From an uncultured Candidatus Rokubacteria bacterium (GTDB taxonomy: Bacteria; Methylomirabilota; Methylomirabilia; Rokubacteriales; DASRDR01), in contig CAVPSB010000014.1 of NCBI GenBank assembly GCA_963708025.1, forward strand, positions 288,001-352,000: DNA of 64,000 nucleotides, read 5' to 3'. The notes below the pieces were generated by a model, which was not told the origin of the DNA, ran no database searches, and saw only the letters and a list, made by a program, of their open reading frames with translations. This document shows positions 19,444 to 28,784 of this stretch, piece by piece; within the stretch, counting starts at the first letter, position 1, and each line of letters opens with the position of its first letter. Made by a program: the position numbers and the translations under genes.

Positions 19444-20142
19444 TCACCGCTTGGCTGCCTTCTTCTTCTTCTCTTTCGCTCCGCCCAGCGCCTCGAGGAA
19501 CCGCCGGGAGTCCGAGACCCAGCCGAAGATGCCGCCCTGGGCCTTGATCATCTCGAGGGCGGCCTCCTGGAACTTCGGGAAGTAGGACCCGACGCAGTCC
19601 GAGAGCACCAGACAGTCGTAGCCGCGGTCGTTGGCCTCCCGGACGGTCGTCTGGACGCAGACCTCGGTCGTCACGCCGCACACGACGAGCTGGCGGACGC
19701 CGCGATTCTTCAAGATGGCGTCGAGGTCGGTGGCGTAGAAGGCGCCCTTCCCCGGCTTGTCCACCACGGGCTCCCCGGGGATCGGGGCCAGCTCCTTGAC
19801 GATGTCGTGTCCGTACTCGCCGCGCACCAGGATGCGGCCCATCGGCCCCTTGTCGCCGATGCCGGTTTTGAGTCGGCCGCGCGCCTTCTTGGCCGGCGGG
19901 CAGTCGGCCAGGTCCGGCCGGTGGCCCTCGCGGGTGTGGAGGACGAGGAGCCCGGCCTGCCGCGCCGCCTCGAGCACACGCCGGGCCGGGGGCACCGCCT
20001 TGCGAAGGAGCGACACGTCGTTGCCCAGCGCTTCGCCGAACCCGCCGGGGTCCACGAAGTCGCGCTGGAAGTCGATCATGACCAGCGCGGCCGTCTTCGG
20101 CGTGAACTCGAACTCGTAGGGCTCCGCCTCGACCGTTGCCAT
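19444..20142 (-). CDS. trtA: cysteine hydrolase, triuret hydrolase (TrtA)-type
   Basis: D-K-C triad (IDFQRDF, DKPGK, TTEVC); [16 protein letters not shown] and QGGIFGW fit TrtA rather than BiuH (GGYV..MGYD, TTD, AT, QGGVFG), from recalled sequences. Confidence 0.8.
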   Translation of the reverse strand: MATVEAEPYEFEFTPKTAALVMIDFQRDFVDPGGFGEALGNDVSLLRKAVPPARRVLEAARQAGLLVLHTREGHRPDLADCPPAKKARGRLKTGIGDKGPMGRILVRGEYGHDIVKELAPIPGEPVVDKPGKGAFYATDLDAILKNRGVRQLVVCGVTTEVCVQTTVREANDRGYDCLVLSDCVGSYFPKFQEAALEMIKAQGGIFGWVSDSRRFLEALGGAKEKKKKAAKR

Positions 20143-20154
20143 GCGACCCTCCCG

Positions 20155-21090
20155 TCAGGGCACGACGTGCGTGCCGGTCTTGCCCGCCACGGCGGCTTCC
20201 AGGTGCTCGGGCGAGCTGATGACGACTTCGCGGCCGCCGCGCTCGAGGAAGTCGATCGCGGCCTGCATCTTGGGACCCATGCTCCCCGGCGGGAACTCGC
20301 CCGCCTCCAGGTAGCGCCGCGCCTCGGCGGCGGTCAGCCGGTCGAGGAAGGTCTGGCCTGGCTGGCGGAAGCGGATCGCGACCTTCTCGACCCCGGTCGC
20401 CAGGACCAGCACCGGCACGCCGAGCTGGGCGGCCAGGAGCGCGGAGGCGTGGTCCTTGTCCACCACGGCCTCGACCCCCCGGTAGACGCCCGGCTCGTCC
20501 TCGACCACCGGGATGCCGCCGCCCCCGCACGCGATCACGACGAAGCCGGCGTCCAGGAGCGTCCGGATGGCGTCGGCCTCGACGATGCGGAGGGGCCGCG
20601 GGGACGGAACGACGCGGCGGTAGCCCCGGCCGGCGTCCTCGACCATGACCCAGCCGTCGCGCGCCTGGTGGCTCCGCGCCTCCTCCCCGGTGAAGAACGG
20701 GCCGATCGGCTTCCGCGGGCTCGCGAACGCGGGATCGTCCCGGTCGACGACGGTCTGGGTCAGGAGGCAGCTCACGCGGTTGGCGTGGCCCCGACGTCCG
20801 AGCTCGGCGAGGAGGGAGTTCCCGATGATGTAGCCGAGCCCGCCCTGGGAGTCGGCCACGCACATGTCGAGGGACAGCCGCGGCGCGTGCCGGTCGTCCG
20901 AGGCCAGCTCGGAGCGGAGGAGGATGAAGCCGACCTGGGGGCCGTTCCCGTGGGTGACGACGACCCGCCAGCCGGCCTCGACCAGCCCGCCGATCCGCCG
21001 GGCGGTCCCCCGCGCGTTCTCGAACTGCTCGGCGATCGTCCCCCGCTGGCCGTCCTGGATCAGGGCGTTGCCGCCGATCGCGATCATCAC
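20155..21090 (-). CDS. arcC: carbamate kinase
   Basis: AIGGNAL, THGNGPQVG, KPIGPF, RRVVPSP, GGGGIPV, VVDKD, GSMGPK. Confidence 0.95.
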   Translation of the reverse strand: MMIAIGGNALIQDGQRGTIAEQFENARGTARRIGGLVEAGWRVVVTHGNGPQVGFILLRSELASDDRHAPRLSLDMCVADSQGGLGYIIGNSLLAELGRRGHANRVSCLLTQTVVDRDDPAFASPRKPIGPFFTGEEARSHQARDGWVMVEDAGRGYRRVVPSPRPLRIVEADAIRTLLDAGFVVIACGGGGIPVVEDEPGVYRGVEAVVDKDHASALLAAQLGVPVLVLATGVEKVAIRFRQPGQTFLDRLTAAEARRYLEAGEFPPGSMGPKMQAAIDFLERGGREVVISSPEHLEAAVAGKTGTHVVP

Positions 21091-21099
21091 CGCGCGGGA

Positions 21100-22540
21100 T
21101 CATCGGCCGTGGATCGCCACCCGACGCCGAGCCGCCGCCCGAGGTCGCGGAGCGCCGCCGTCGAAACAGGGGAGGGGCGCCCGCGCGATGCCGGCGCCGA
21201 CCTGGCCGATGCCGGGCTCGCGGTGGGCGATGCCCGTGTTGATCACCGGGGCCACCCCGCTCTCGACGACCCGGCGGACGTCGATGCCGGTCGGCGACCC
21301 GGCGAAGCCGAGGGTCGGGATCCCGTACTCCGCGTTCCGCCCGAGCGTGATCCCGTACATCGCCCGGGTATAGGCGAGGGCGTCGGCCGGCGTGCCGCCG
21401 ACGAAGTGGACGATCGCCGGCGCTCCCGCCATCGCGAAGCCGCCGATCCCCGCCGTCTCGGTGATGGCGCTGTCGCCGAGGTCGGGGTTGGCGTCGGCCG
21501 GACCGTAGCCCGGGAAGTAGAGGCCATCGATGACCGGCGCCGGCGCGGTGAACCAGGCGTCCCCGGCGCCGGACACGCGGATCCCGAAGTCGACGCCGTT
21601 CCGGGCCATCGCGGTCACCAGCGGTCGAGCCCGCGACCCCGTGGGCGGCGTCGAGCGACGCCTTGCAGGCGGCCATCGAGAGGTTGAGGAAGAAGTGGTT
21701 GTTGCCGAGGATGAAGTCGAAGACCGCGGCCGCCGTGGGGCCGTCCACCGCGCGGGCGAGCGCCGGCGCGAGGGTCCGGGCGAAGAGGGAGGTGGCCGCG
21801 ACGTTCCGGTTGTGGCACTCGTCGCCCATCTGCAGGGCCTGGGCCACGTGGAGCTTCAGGTCGATCGGCCCCGTGCGGAGGGCGTCCCGGAGCGCGGGGC
21901 CGAGAGTGCCGGCGATCCACCGCAGGCGCTCGAGCACCTCGGCGTCGTAGGCGCCGAAGCGGAGGGCGCGGCCGAGCCCCTCGTTCAGGGTCGCGAAGGC
22001 GCGGTTCCCGTGGCTCGCGTTCTCGACGACGACGACGGGCATCGACGGCGACAGGATGCCGGCCATCGGGCCCACCGCGCCGTGGTGGTGGCAGGGCGCG
22101 AAGCGGATCCGGCCGGAGGCCACCAGCGCGGTGGCGGCCTCGGGGTCGGGAGCCCAGCCCTCGTAGAGGATCGCGCCGATGATGGCGCCGCGCACGGGGC
22201 CGCACATGCGGGCCCACTCGATGGGCGGGCCGGCGTGGAGGATCATGCGGTCCTCGAGGCCGGGGACGACCTCGGCGGCGGGGCGGACGTCGAGCAGTAT
22301 CGGGCGGGCCCCGAGGAGCCGGGCCATCGCGGTCCGGTTGGCCTCGGCCACCCGGGCGCCCACGGAATCGTCGGGATCGTCCTCGAGGCGCGCCAGGAGC
22401 AGCCCGAGGTCCCGGTCGCCACCGGCAGGCGGCCGCCAGTCGAGCTGGACGACGGTGGCGCCGTGGGCGCGGGGCGGCTCGGCGAACTGGGCGAGCCCGA
22501 CGTTCAGCGCGTGGACGCCGTCGGGGAAGACGTCAGCCAC
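21100..22540 (-). CDS. DUF1116 protein (YahG/YlbE/AllG-like), frameshift near 21620
   Basis: LHAGPP, PCHHHGAVGPMAG, LNEGLG, MGDECHNRN in one frame; TAMARNG, DLGDSAITET, INTGIAH, GQVGAG in the next. Confidence 0.9.
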
Positions 22541-24041
22541 GGCGGGCGCCGGCCTCGCGGGCGACGAGCGCGGCCAGGCGCGCGGCCTCGGCGTTCGACG
22601 GCAGGAGGACGACGCCGGCGGCGGCGAGCCTCGTCTCCTGACGCGCCAGGCCCTGGGGATCGCCCGCCGCCCCGCAGACGGAGCCGATCAGCACGGCGCG
22701 CCCCTCCACCCGCTCGAGGGCCGGGGCGAGGGCGCCGGCCGGGTCCGGGTGGCTGCCGTAGCCGAGGACGACGTCGAGCAGGATGACCGCGGTGGCGGGA
22801 TCCTCGGCGGCGGCCGCGATGTGCTCGTTGCGGAGTCGGAAGTCGATCATCGGGTGCGGCCGGCCGACGGTGAACTCGTCGTCCCCCAGGTCGAGGAGCG
22901 TGTGGCCGGCGCCGTGACCGGGGAGCAGGTCGCCGACGATCAGCGCGGCCTCCTTGGCGAGCGTGCCGCCGCTGTAGAGTCCGCGGATCGCCCAGCGGCC
23001 GGGAGCGAGCCGGCTCACCAGGTCGCGCGCCCGGGCGGCGAGCGCGGCCGCGTCGTCGCTCCCGGCGGCGCCGGCCGGCCGGCCGCCGGCCAGGCCGACG
23101 GCGAAGTCGGCGGCCTCAGCGAGCGTCGCCGCCGGAGTGGCGCCGCGCCGCCGGATCGCCGCCGGGTCACCGCCGAGGAAGCAGACAACCGTCGGCTTGC
23201 CCCCCGCCACCGCGCGGTCGAGGACCTCCGCCGCCACGTCGGGAGCCGGCGGCTTGGAGACGAGCGCCAGGACGAGCGTGTCCGGGTCCGCGATCAGCCA
23301 CTCGATGCCGGCCAGCATCATGAGACCGCCGACCCGCTCGTCCAGGTCGCGGCCGCCGACGCCGATCACCTGGGAGACGCCCTCGCCCCAGCGGTCGATC
23401 AGACAGCTGACCTGCTGGAGGCCGGTGCCCGAGGCGCCGACGAGGCCGATGCGTCCCCGCCGCACGGCGTTCGCGAAGCCGAGCGGCACGCCGTCCAGGA
23501 TCGCGGTGCCGCAGTCGGGGCCCATCACGAGCCGGCGCTTCCGCACCGCCAGCCGCTTCAGCTCGATCTCGTCCTCGACGGGGACGTTGTCGCTGAAGAG
23601 GAAGACGTGGAGGCCGCGCTTGAGGGCCTTGAGCGCCTCGGCGGTGGCGTAGGCTCCCGGGGTGGAGACGATCGCCAGGTTGGCGCCGGGCGCCTCGGCC
23701 AGCGCCGCGGCGATCGTGGCGGGCGGCGTCCGCTCGGCGGCGACGCCCGCGCTCGGGGCGGCCGCGGTCAGCCGAGCGGCGGCGTCGGCCAGGGCCGCCT
23801 CCGCCGCCTCGGCGCTCGCGGCGGCGACCGCGATGACGAGGTCGGCCGGGCCCGCCGCGGCCGCCTCGTCGGCGAGGAGCCCGGCCTTGGCCAGGAGGTC
23901 GCGGTTGGCCGGGGTCGCCATGAGCAGCGCTGCCCGCCGCACGTCCGGGCGCTGCTCCACCTCGGCCGCGACGCGCATGAGGTCGACCGAGTCGCGGTAG
24001 GTGTCCCGGAGCACGTGGGCGCGCAGGACCTCGTCCGCCAT
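22533..24041 (-). CDS. fdrA: FdrA/YahF (AllF-like) acyl-CoA synthetase-fold protein
   Basis: YRDSVDLM, MATPAN, FLFSDNV, MGPDCGT, GASGTG, GLYSGGTL, DLGDDEFTVGRPHPMID. Confidence 0.92.
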   Translation of the reverse strand: MADEVLRAHVLRDTYRDSVDLMRVAAEVEQRPDVRRAALLMATPANRDLLAKAGLLADEAAAAGPADLVIAVAAASAEAAEAALADAAARLTAAAPSAGVAAERTPPATIAAALAEAPGANLAIVSTPGAYATAEALKALKRGLHVFLFSDNVPVEDEIELKRLAVRKRRLVMGPDCGTAILDGVPLGFANAVRRGRIGLVGASGTGLQQVSCLIDRWGEGVSQVIGVGGRDLDERVGGLMMLAGIEWLIADPDTLVLALVSKPPAPDVAAEVLDRAVAGGKPTVVCFLGGDPAAIRRRGATPAATLAEAADFAVGLAGGRPAGAAGSDDAAALAARARDLVSRLAPGRWAIRGLYSGGTLAKEAALIVGDLLPGHGAGHTLLDLGDDEFTVGRPHPMIDFRLRNEHIAAAAEDPATAVILLDVVLGYGSHPDPAGALAPALERVEGRAVLIGSVCGAAGDPQGLARQETRLAAAGVVLLPSNAEAARLAALVAREAGARRG

Positions 24042-24106
24042 CGCACCTCCCCGGGAGAGACGACCCGACCACCGGCGGGCATGGCCACAGCCGTCGAACC
24101 GGCCCG

Positions 24107-24191
24107 ACTCTACGCCCGCCCATCCGGGACCGTCAAGCCACTCCTCGGACAGCTGGCATTCCTTGACCGGGCTGGCTTCGCGCGATAGCCT
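24107..24191. promoter_or_regulatory. candidate back-to-back sigma70 promoters
   Basis: minus strand TTGACG-N18-TAGAGT (24136-24107) toward fdrA; plus strand TTGACC-N17-TAGCCT (24163-24191) just before ATG 24200. Confidence 0.4.
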
Positions 24192-24199
24192 CGGCCGGG

Positions 24200-25150
24200 A
24201 TGGCACGCCTGGCGCTGCCCGAGGTGGACCGGGTCGAGATCCTCACCCTGCTCGACCTCTCGCTGGATCTTCTCATGGCCGGGAGCGAGACGGTGCGGCG
24301 GGTGGTGGTGGAGGGGACGCTGGGGGAGGGCCGCTCGGTGCTCCGCGCGGAGCACGGCTTCTCGAGCCTGGTGACCGTGGTGGCCGGAGAGCGGAAGGCG
24401 TCCTTCCTCTTCGACGCGGGCCTGACACGGGACAGCCTGCTGCACAACATGGACGTCCTGGAGGTGCGGCCGAACGAGCTCCAGGCGATCGTGCTGAGCC
24501 ACGGGCACGCCGACCACGTGGCCGGGCTCATGGGGCTGCTCTCCCGGACCGGACGCCGCCGGCTCCCGCTGGTGCTGCATCCCGACGCGTTCCTCCGCCG
24601 GAAGATCGCGCTGCCCGACGGCCGCGAGGTCCTCCTGCCGCCGCCGGATCGCCGCGGCATCGAGCAGGAAGGCGTCGAGATCCTAGAGGAGCGGGCCGCC
24701 TCGCTCCTGCTCGGCGGCCTCGCGCTGGTCACGGGCGAGGTCGCCCGGACGACCGCGTTCGAGACCGGCTTCCCGGCGCACTACGCGGAGGTGGAGGGCG
24801 CCTGGCGGCCCGACCCGCTGATCCACGACGATCAGGCCGTGGTGCTGAACGTCCGCGGCAAGGGCCTGGTGGTGCTCTCCGGCTGCGGTCATGCCGGGAT
24901 CGTCAACGTCGTCCACCACGCGATGGCCGTGACGGGGGTCGAGCGGGTCCACGGGGTCCTGGGCGGCTTCCACCTGACCGGCCGGCTCTTCGAGCCGCGG
25001 ATCGCGGCGACGGTCGAGGCGTTGCAGGCGCTCGCGCCGAAGCTGATCGTCCCGTCGCACTGCACGGGCTGGAAGGCCACCCACGAGATCGCCCGCGCCC
25101 TCCCCGACGCCTTCGTCCCCAACAGCGTCGGCACCACCTTCCTGATCTGA
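24200..25150 (+). CDS. MBL-fold metallo-hydrolase
   Basis: AEHGFS, LSHGHADH, SGCGHAG, GGFHL, SHCTG. Confidence 0.9.
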   Translation: MARLALPEVDRVEILTLLDLSLDLLMAGSETVRRVVVEGTLGEGRSVLRAEHGFSSLVTVVAGERKASFLFDAGLTRDSLLHNMDVLEVRPNELQAIVLSHGHADHVAGLMGLLSRTGRRRLPLVLHPDAFLRRKIALPDGREVLLPPPDRRGIEQEGVEILEERAASLLLGGLALVTGEVARTTAFETGFPAHYAEVEGAWRPDPLIHDDQAVVLNVRGKGLVVLSGCGHAGIVNVVHHAMAVTGVERVHGVLGGFHLTGRLFEPRIAATVEALQALAPKLIVPSHCTGWKATHEIARALPDAFVPNSVGTTFLI

Positions 25151-25164
25151 TCCCACACTCCGCT

Positions 25165-25199
25165 CCCTCTCCCTTCCAGGGAGAGGGTCGGGGTGAGGG
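25165..25199. repeat. REP-like palindrome, family B
   Basis: CCCTCTCCC-TTCCA-GGGAGAGGG followed by TCGGGGTGAGGG, between convergent genes. Confidence 0.7.
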
Positions 25200-25202
25200 C
25201 CC

Positions 25203-27036
25203 CTATCGCCGCTTCGCCAGGATCTGGATCTCCAGCGGCGCCAGCGAGACCCGCACCGAGCGCGGGTCGCCGCGCGACGACGCGGTGCCGGGCGCGGTCG
25301 GCCCCGGCCGGTTGGCGTACAGCACCTCGAAGGCGGCGCCAGCGGGGGTGAGATCGCGATCGACGACGACGTGGAGCGCCCGCTCCTCCGTGGTGTGCGT
25401 GTTGGCCGCGACGAGCAGCTCGCGGTCGTGGAGGATCCGCGAGAAGGCGAGGACCCCGCCGGGCGTCGCCGAGATGCCGAAGTCGGCGCCGTTCCCGGAG
25501 ACGGGGCGGAAGTACTGCCGCCCGTAGCGCAGGGCGGGCTCGGCCTGCCGGAGCCGTACGAGCGTCTGGACCGCCTGGTAGAAGGGGTGCGCCGGGTCGA
25601 AGGCCCCCGGCTTGCCCCACAGCGCCTCCCGCGCCGCCTCGCGACGGTTCCCCGCACCGTGGAGACCCTGCTCGGTGCCGTAGTAGAGGCAGGGGATTCC
25701 CTGCAGCGCGAAGAGGCAGCCCGAGCGCCAGCGTGAGCTGGTCGTCCCAGCGGTGCGGGTCGCCGGGCGGGCTCCAGTAGAAGCGGTTGTCGAGGTCGTG
25801 GTTGTCGAGGAAGGTGACGAAGTACCGGCCGGCCTCGCCGTGGGAGGCGAGCAGGTGCCGCGCTGCGCCGCCCGGCGGGCGGCGAACATCGCGTCGAGGG
25901 CGGCTGGGCGCGCCGCTCCCCTTGATCACCTCGGTGAGGCGGGTGAACAGCGGAAAGTCCAGCGCGGCGTCGATCCCGATCAGGCTCGCTCGTCCTTCTC
26001 GGTGTTGCGGCCGATGAACCGCGCGATCTTCGCCTCGTCGTCGACTCCAGACCTCGCCGAAGGTGAAGAAGTTGGTCTTGCCGAGGCTCAGGGCGAACTC
26101 CCGGATGGCGTCGCCGAACGTGCGGGCGAAGTCCTGCTCCACGTACTTCAGCGTATCGATGCGGAAGCCGTCCACGTCGAACTTCGCGATCAGGTACTGG
26201 TGGGCGCGGATCAAGAGCTCGCGCACCGGGAACCGGCCGTCCGCCCGGTACTCGGTGACGATCTCCTTGAGCGACCCGAAGTCGCCGCACGGTCTCCGGC
26301 GCGCCCTTCCCCTCGCGCCCGCGCCGGCGCCAGTAGTCGTTGCGCTGGAGCTCCTCCGGCCACACGACGCCTTCGGGTGGACGGGGCGCCGGGATCGTCG
26401 CGGCCTCCGGCCACGCCGGCACGCCTCTGGCCGGTCGCGTCCCGCCAGCGCACGTCATACTCCCGGCCGCCGCCCTTCCAGGGGGCCTCGGCCCCGTGGC
26501 TCACGTAGTCGAAGACGTCACCGGCGTGGTTGATCACGACGTCGAGGATCACGTGGAGGCCGTGGGCGTGGGCGGCGTCCACCAGCCGGCGCAGCTCGTC
26601 GTCGCCGATCCGCGGGTCGATCCGGGCGGCAGCCGGGTCGGAGGTGAAGCGGGGCTCGACCCGGAGGAAGTCCTGGATCCCGTAGCCGTGATAGCTGTCG
26701 GCCTTCCACTGGCAGTTCTTCAGGACCGGCGACAGCCAGAGCGCGCCGACGCCGAGGTCCGCCAGGTACGGCAGGCGCCGGCGCACGCCGTTCGAGTGTG
26801 CCGCCCTGGAAGACCCGTGATCGCCCGTCCCACGGCGCGAAGCGGGGCGCCGCCGCCGGGTTGTCGAAGCGGTCCACCAGCACGAAGTAGATCCAGCGGT
26901 CGCGCCAGTCGCCGGGCGAGGGGAACGGGGTGGCGATGCGCACGCCCGTCCCGCCGATGGGCACCAGACGCTCGCGGGGGATGGCGGCCTCGCGCAGGAC
27001 CGCGTTGACATCCGGGCCAAAGACGGCGTTCGGCAT
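25203..27036 (-). CDS. GH13 alpha-amylase family protein, multiple frameshifts
   Basis: WRDRWIYFVLVDRFDN, LWLSPV, YHGYG, LDVVINH, DGFRIDT, FLDNHD, GIPCLYYGTEQ spread over several frames. Confidence 0.88.
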
Positions 27037-27135
27037 GGCCTGTTCTCCTTCGCGCTGGGCCGGCCAGCCCGAGTCTACACCACCCGGGGACGCCTCGGCG
27101 GCGATGCGGTAAGATCGCCGGGCGGAGGAGGGAGC

Positions 27136-28129
27136 GTGATCCAGCTCGACAGCGCGTGGGGGACGCCCGAGGAGGGACAGCCGCGCCCGGCCGATCTGCG
27201 GCGCGAGCGGCTCCGGAGCCTGGTCCGGCGCTCGGCCCTGTTCGTGCCGGTCAACGTGCCGAGGTTCGTCGAGAAGGCCCACGCGCGCGGGGCCGACGCG
27301 ATCATCCTCGACCTGGAGGACAGCATCCCGGCCGCCGAGAAGCCGGCGGCCCGCCGCCTGGTCCGGGAGGCGACGCGGGAGTGCGCCCGGGGCGGCGCCG
27401 ATATCGAGGTCCGCATCAACAAGCCCTTCGCCCTGGCGGTGGAGGACCTCGACGCCGCCGTCTGGCCGGGGCTCGACACCATCCTGTTCCCCAAGGCCGA
27501 GTCGGCGCGCGAGATCGCGACGCTGGACGCGCTCATCGCCGAGCGGGAGCGCCCCCGCGGGATGCCGGTCGGCGGCGTCCAGCTCTCGATCGCCGTCGAG
27601 ACGGCGCTCGGCCTCTACAACGCCGTGGCCATCGCGCTGGCCAGCCCGCGCACCGTGGCCATCGCGCTCGGCTCCGAGGACTTCACCCTGGACATCGAGG
27701 TGGAGCCGACCAAGACGGGGGAGGAGTACTTCCACGGGAAGGCCCAGATGATCATCGTGGCGCGGCTGGCCGGGGTGCAGCCGCACGGGATCATCGGCAG
27801 CATCGCCGACTACGGCGACCTCGACGCGATGGCCACCGCCATCCGCCGCGCCCGGGCGATGGGCTACATGGGGGCGAGCTGCATCCACCCCGCCCAGGTC
27901 GCGCCGCTCAACACCTACTTCTCGCCCGCGGCCGAGGAGGTCGAGCGGGCCCGGAGGGTCGTGGCGGCCTTCGACGCCGCGGTGGCCGAGGGGCGGGCGT
28001 CGGTCGGCATCGACGGGAAGATGGTTGAACATCCCGGTGGCCGAGCGGGCCCGGCGGTTGCTCGCCCGGGTCGTCGCCATCGAGACGAAGGAAGCCCGTA
28101 AGCGCTCCGCCTTGGAGCGCGGACGGTGA
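27136..28129 (+). CDS. CitE/HpcH family CoA-ester lyase, frameshift near 28030
   Basis: RRSALFVP, ADAIILDLEDS, VRIN, LGSEDF, SCIHPAQV, DGKMV. Confidence 0.88.
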
Positions 28130-28151
28130 GGGGCAGCTCCGGCAGGGCGCC

Positions 28152-28691
28152 TCAGCCGTGGAGCATGCGGCGGCCGGAGCGGTCCCGCGCATCGGGCTCG
28201 AGGCCGAGGTAGCGCTGGCGGACGTCGTCCCACAGCGCGAGCCGCTCCCAGCGCGGCTCGGGGGCCAGCCTCTGCTCGTCGGTGAGGAAGGGATTCGGGA
28301 AGAGGAGGGTCACCTGCTCCTCCCCCCGGCCGTTGAGGAGGCGCAGGCCCCAGCTGTCCGGGGTGCCGTCGGCGTTGAGGCGCCGGTAGAAGTAGGCTTG
28401 GCTGGTCCGGCGGTGGCGGGCCAGCTCCGGGCTGGCGCCCCGGTGCTCGCCGACGCACAGGTGGAAGTGGAGGTGGCCGAAGTCCACGGTCAGGTAGCCG
28501 TCGAGGTAGCCGACCCGCTTCGGCGGCCCCTGGGCGGTAATCTCCCAGGCCGAGCCCTGGATCAGCGGCCCGAAGATCAGCTCCCGCCAGTGGTGCTCGA
28601 AGAGATCGGTCAGCAGCCGGCGGAGGAGCTCCTCGGCGGGATCGAGGTCCCAGACCTCCAGCCGGCCGAGACCCGGCTCGTTCGACCTCAC
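28152..28691 (-). CDS. conserved hypothetical protein, possibly ChuX/HemS-like fold
   Basis: FGPLIQGSAWE, DGYLTVDFG, HFHLCVGEH, SWGLRLLNGRGE, FPNPFL. Confidence 0.65.
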   Translation of the reverse strand: MRSNEPGLGRLEVWDLDPAEELLRRLLTDLFEHHWRELIFGPLIQGSAWEITAQGPPKRVGYLDGYLTVDFGHLHFHLCVGEHRGASPELARHRRTSQAYFYRRLNADGTPDSWGLRLLNGRGEEQVTLLFPNPFLTDEQRLAPEPRWERLALWDDVRQRYLGLEPDARDRSGRRMLHG

Positions 28692-28784
28692 GGGGTCCGG
28701 CGGCTCTCACCTGACCATCCCGGGCGTTACCCGAGCATCCACGGCGCGCTGCGCGCCGGATCGCGGCGCCGGACTCCGGCGGCG

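Noticed and set aside
19444-20142. Biuret hydrolase BiuH
   Set aside because: The diagnostic residues match TrtA rather than BiuH
17840-22540. 1566-aa ORF as a DUF1116-permease fusion
   Set aside because: Artefact: the frameshift near 21620 runs through an off-frame, stop-free stretch over arcC and trtA; the permease has its own RBS and ATG at 19417
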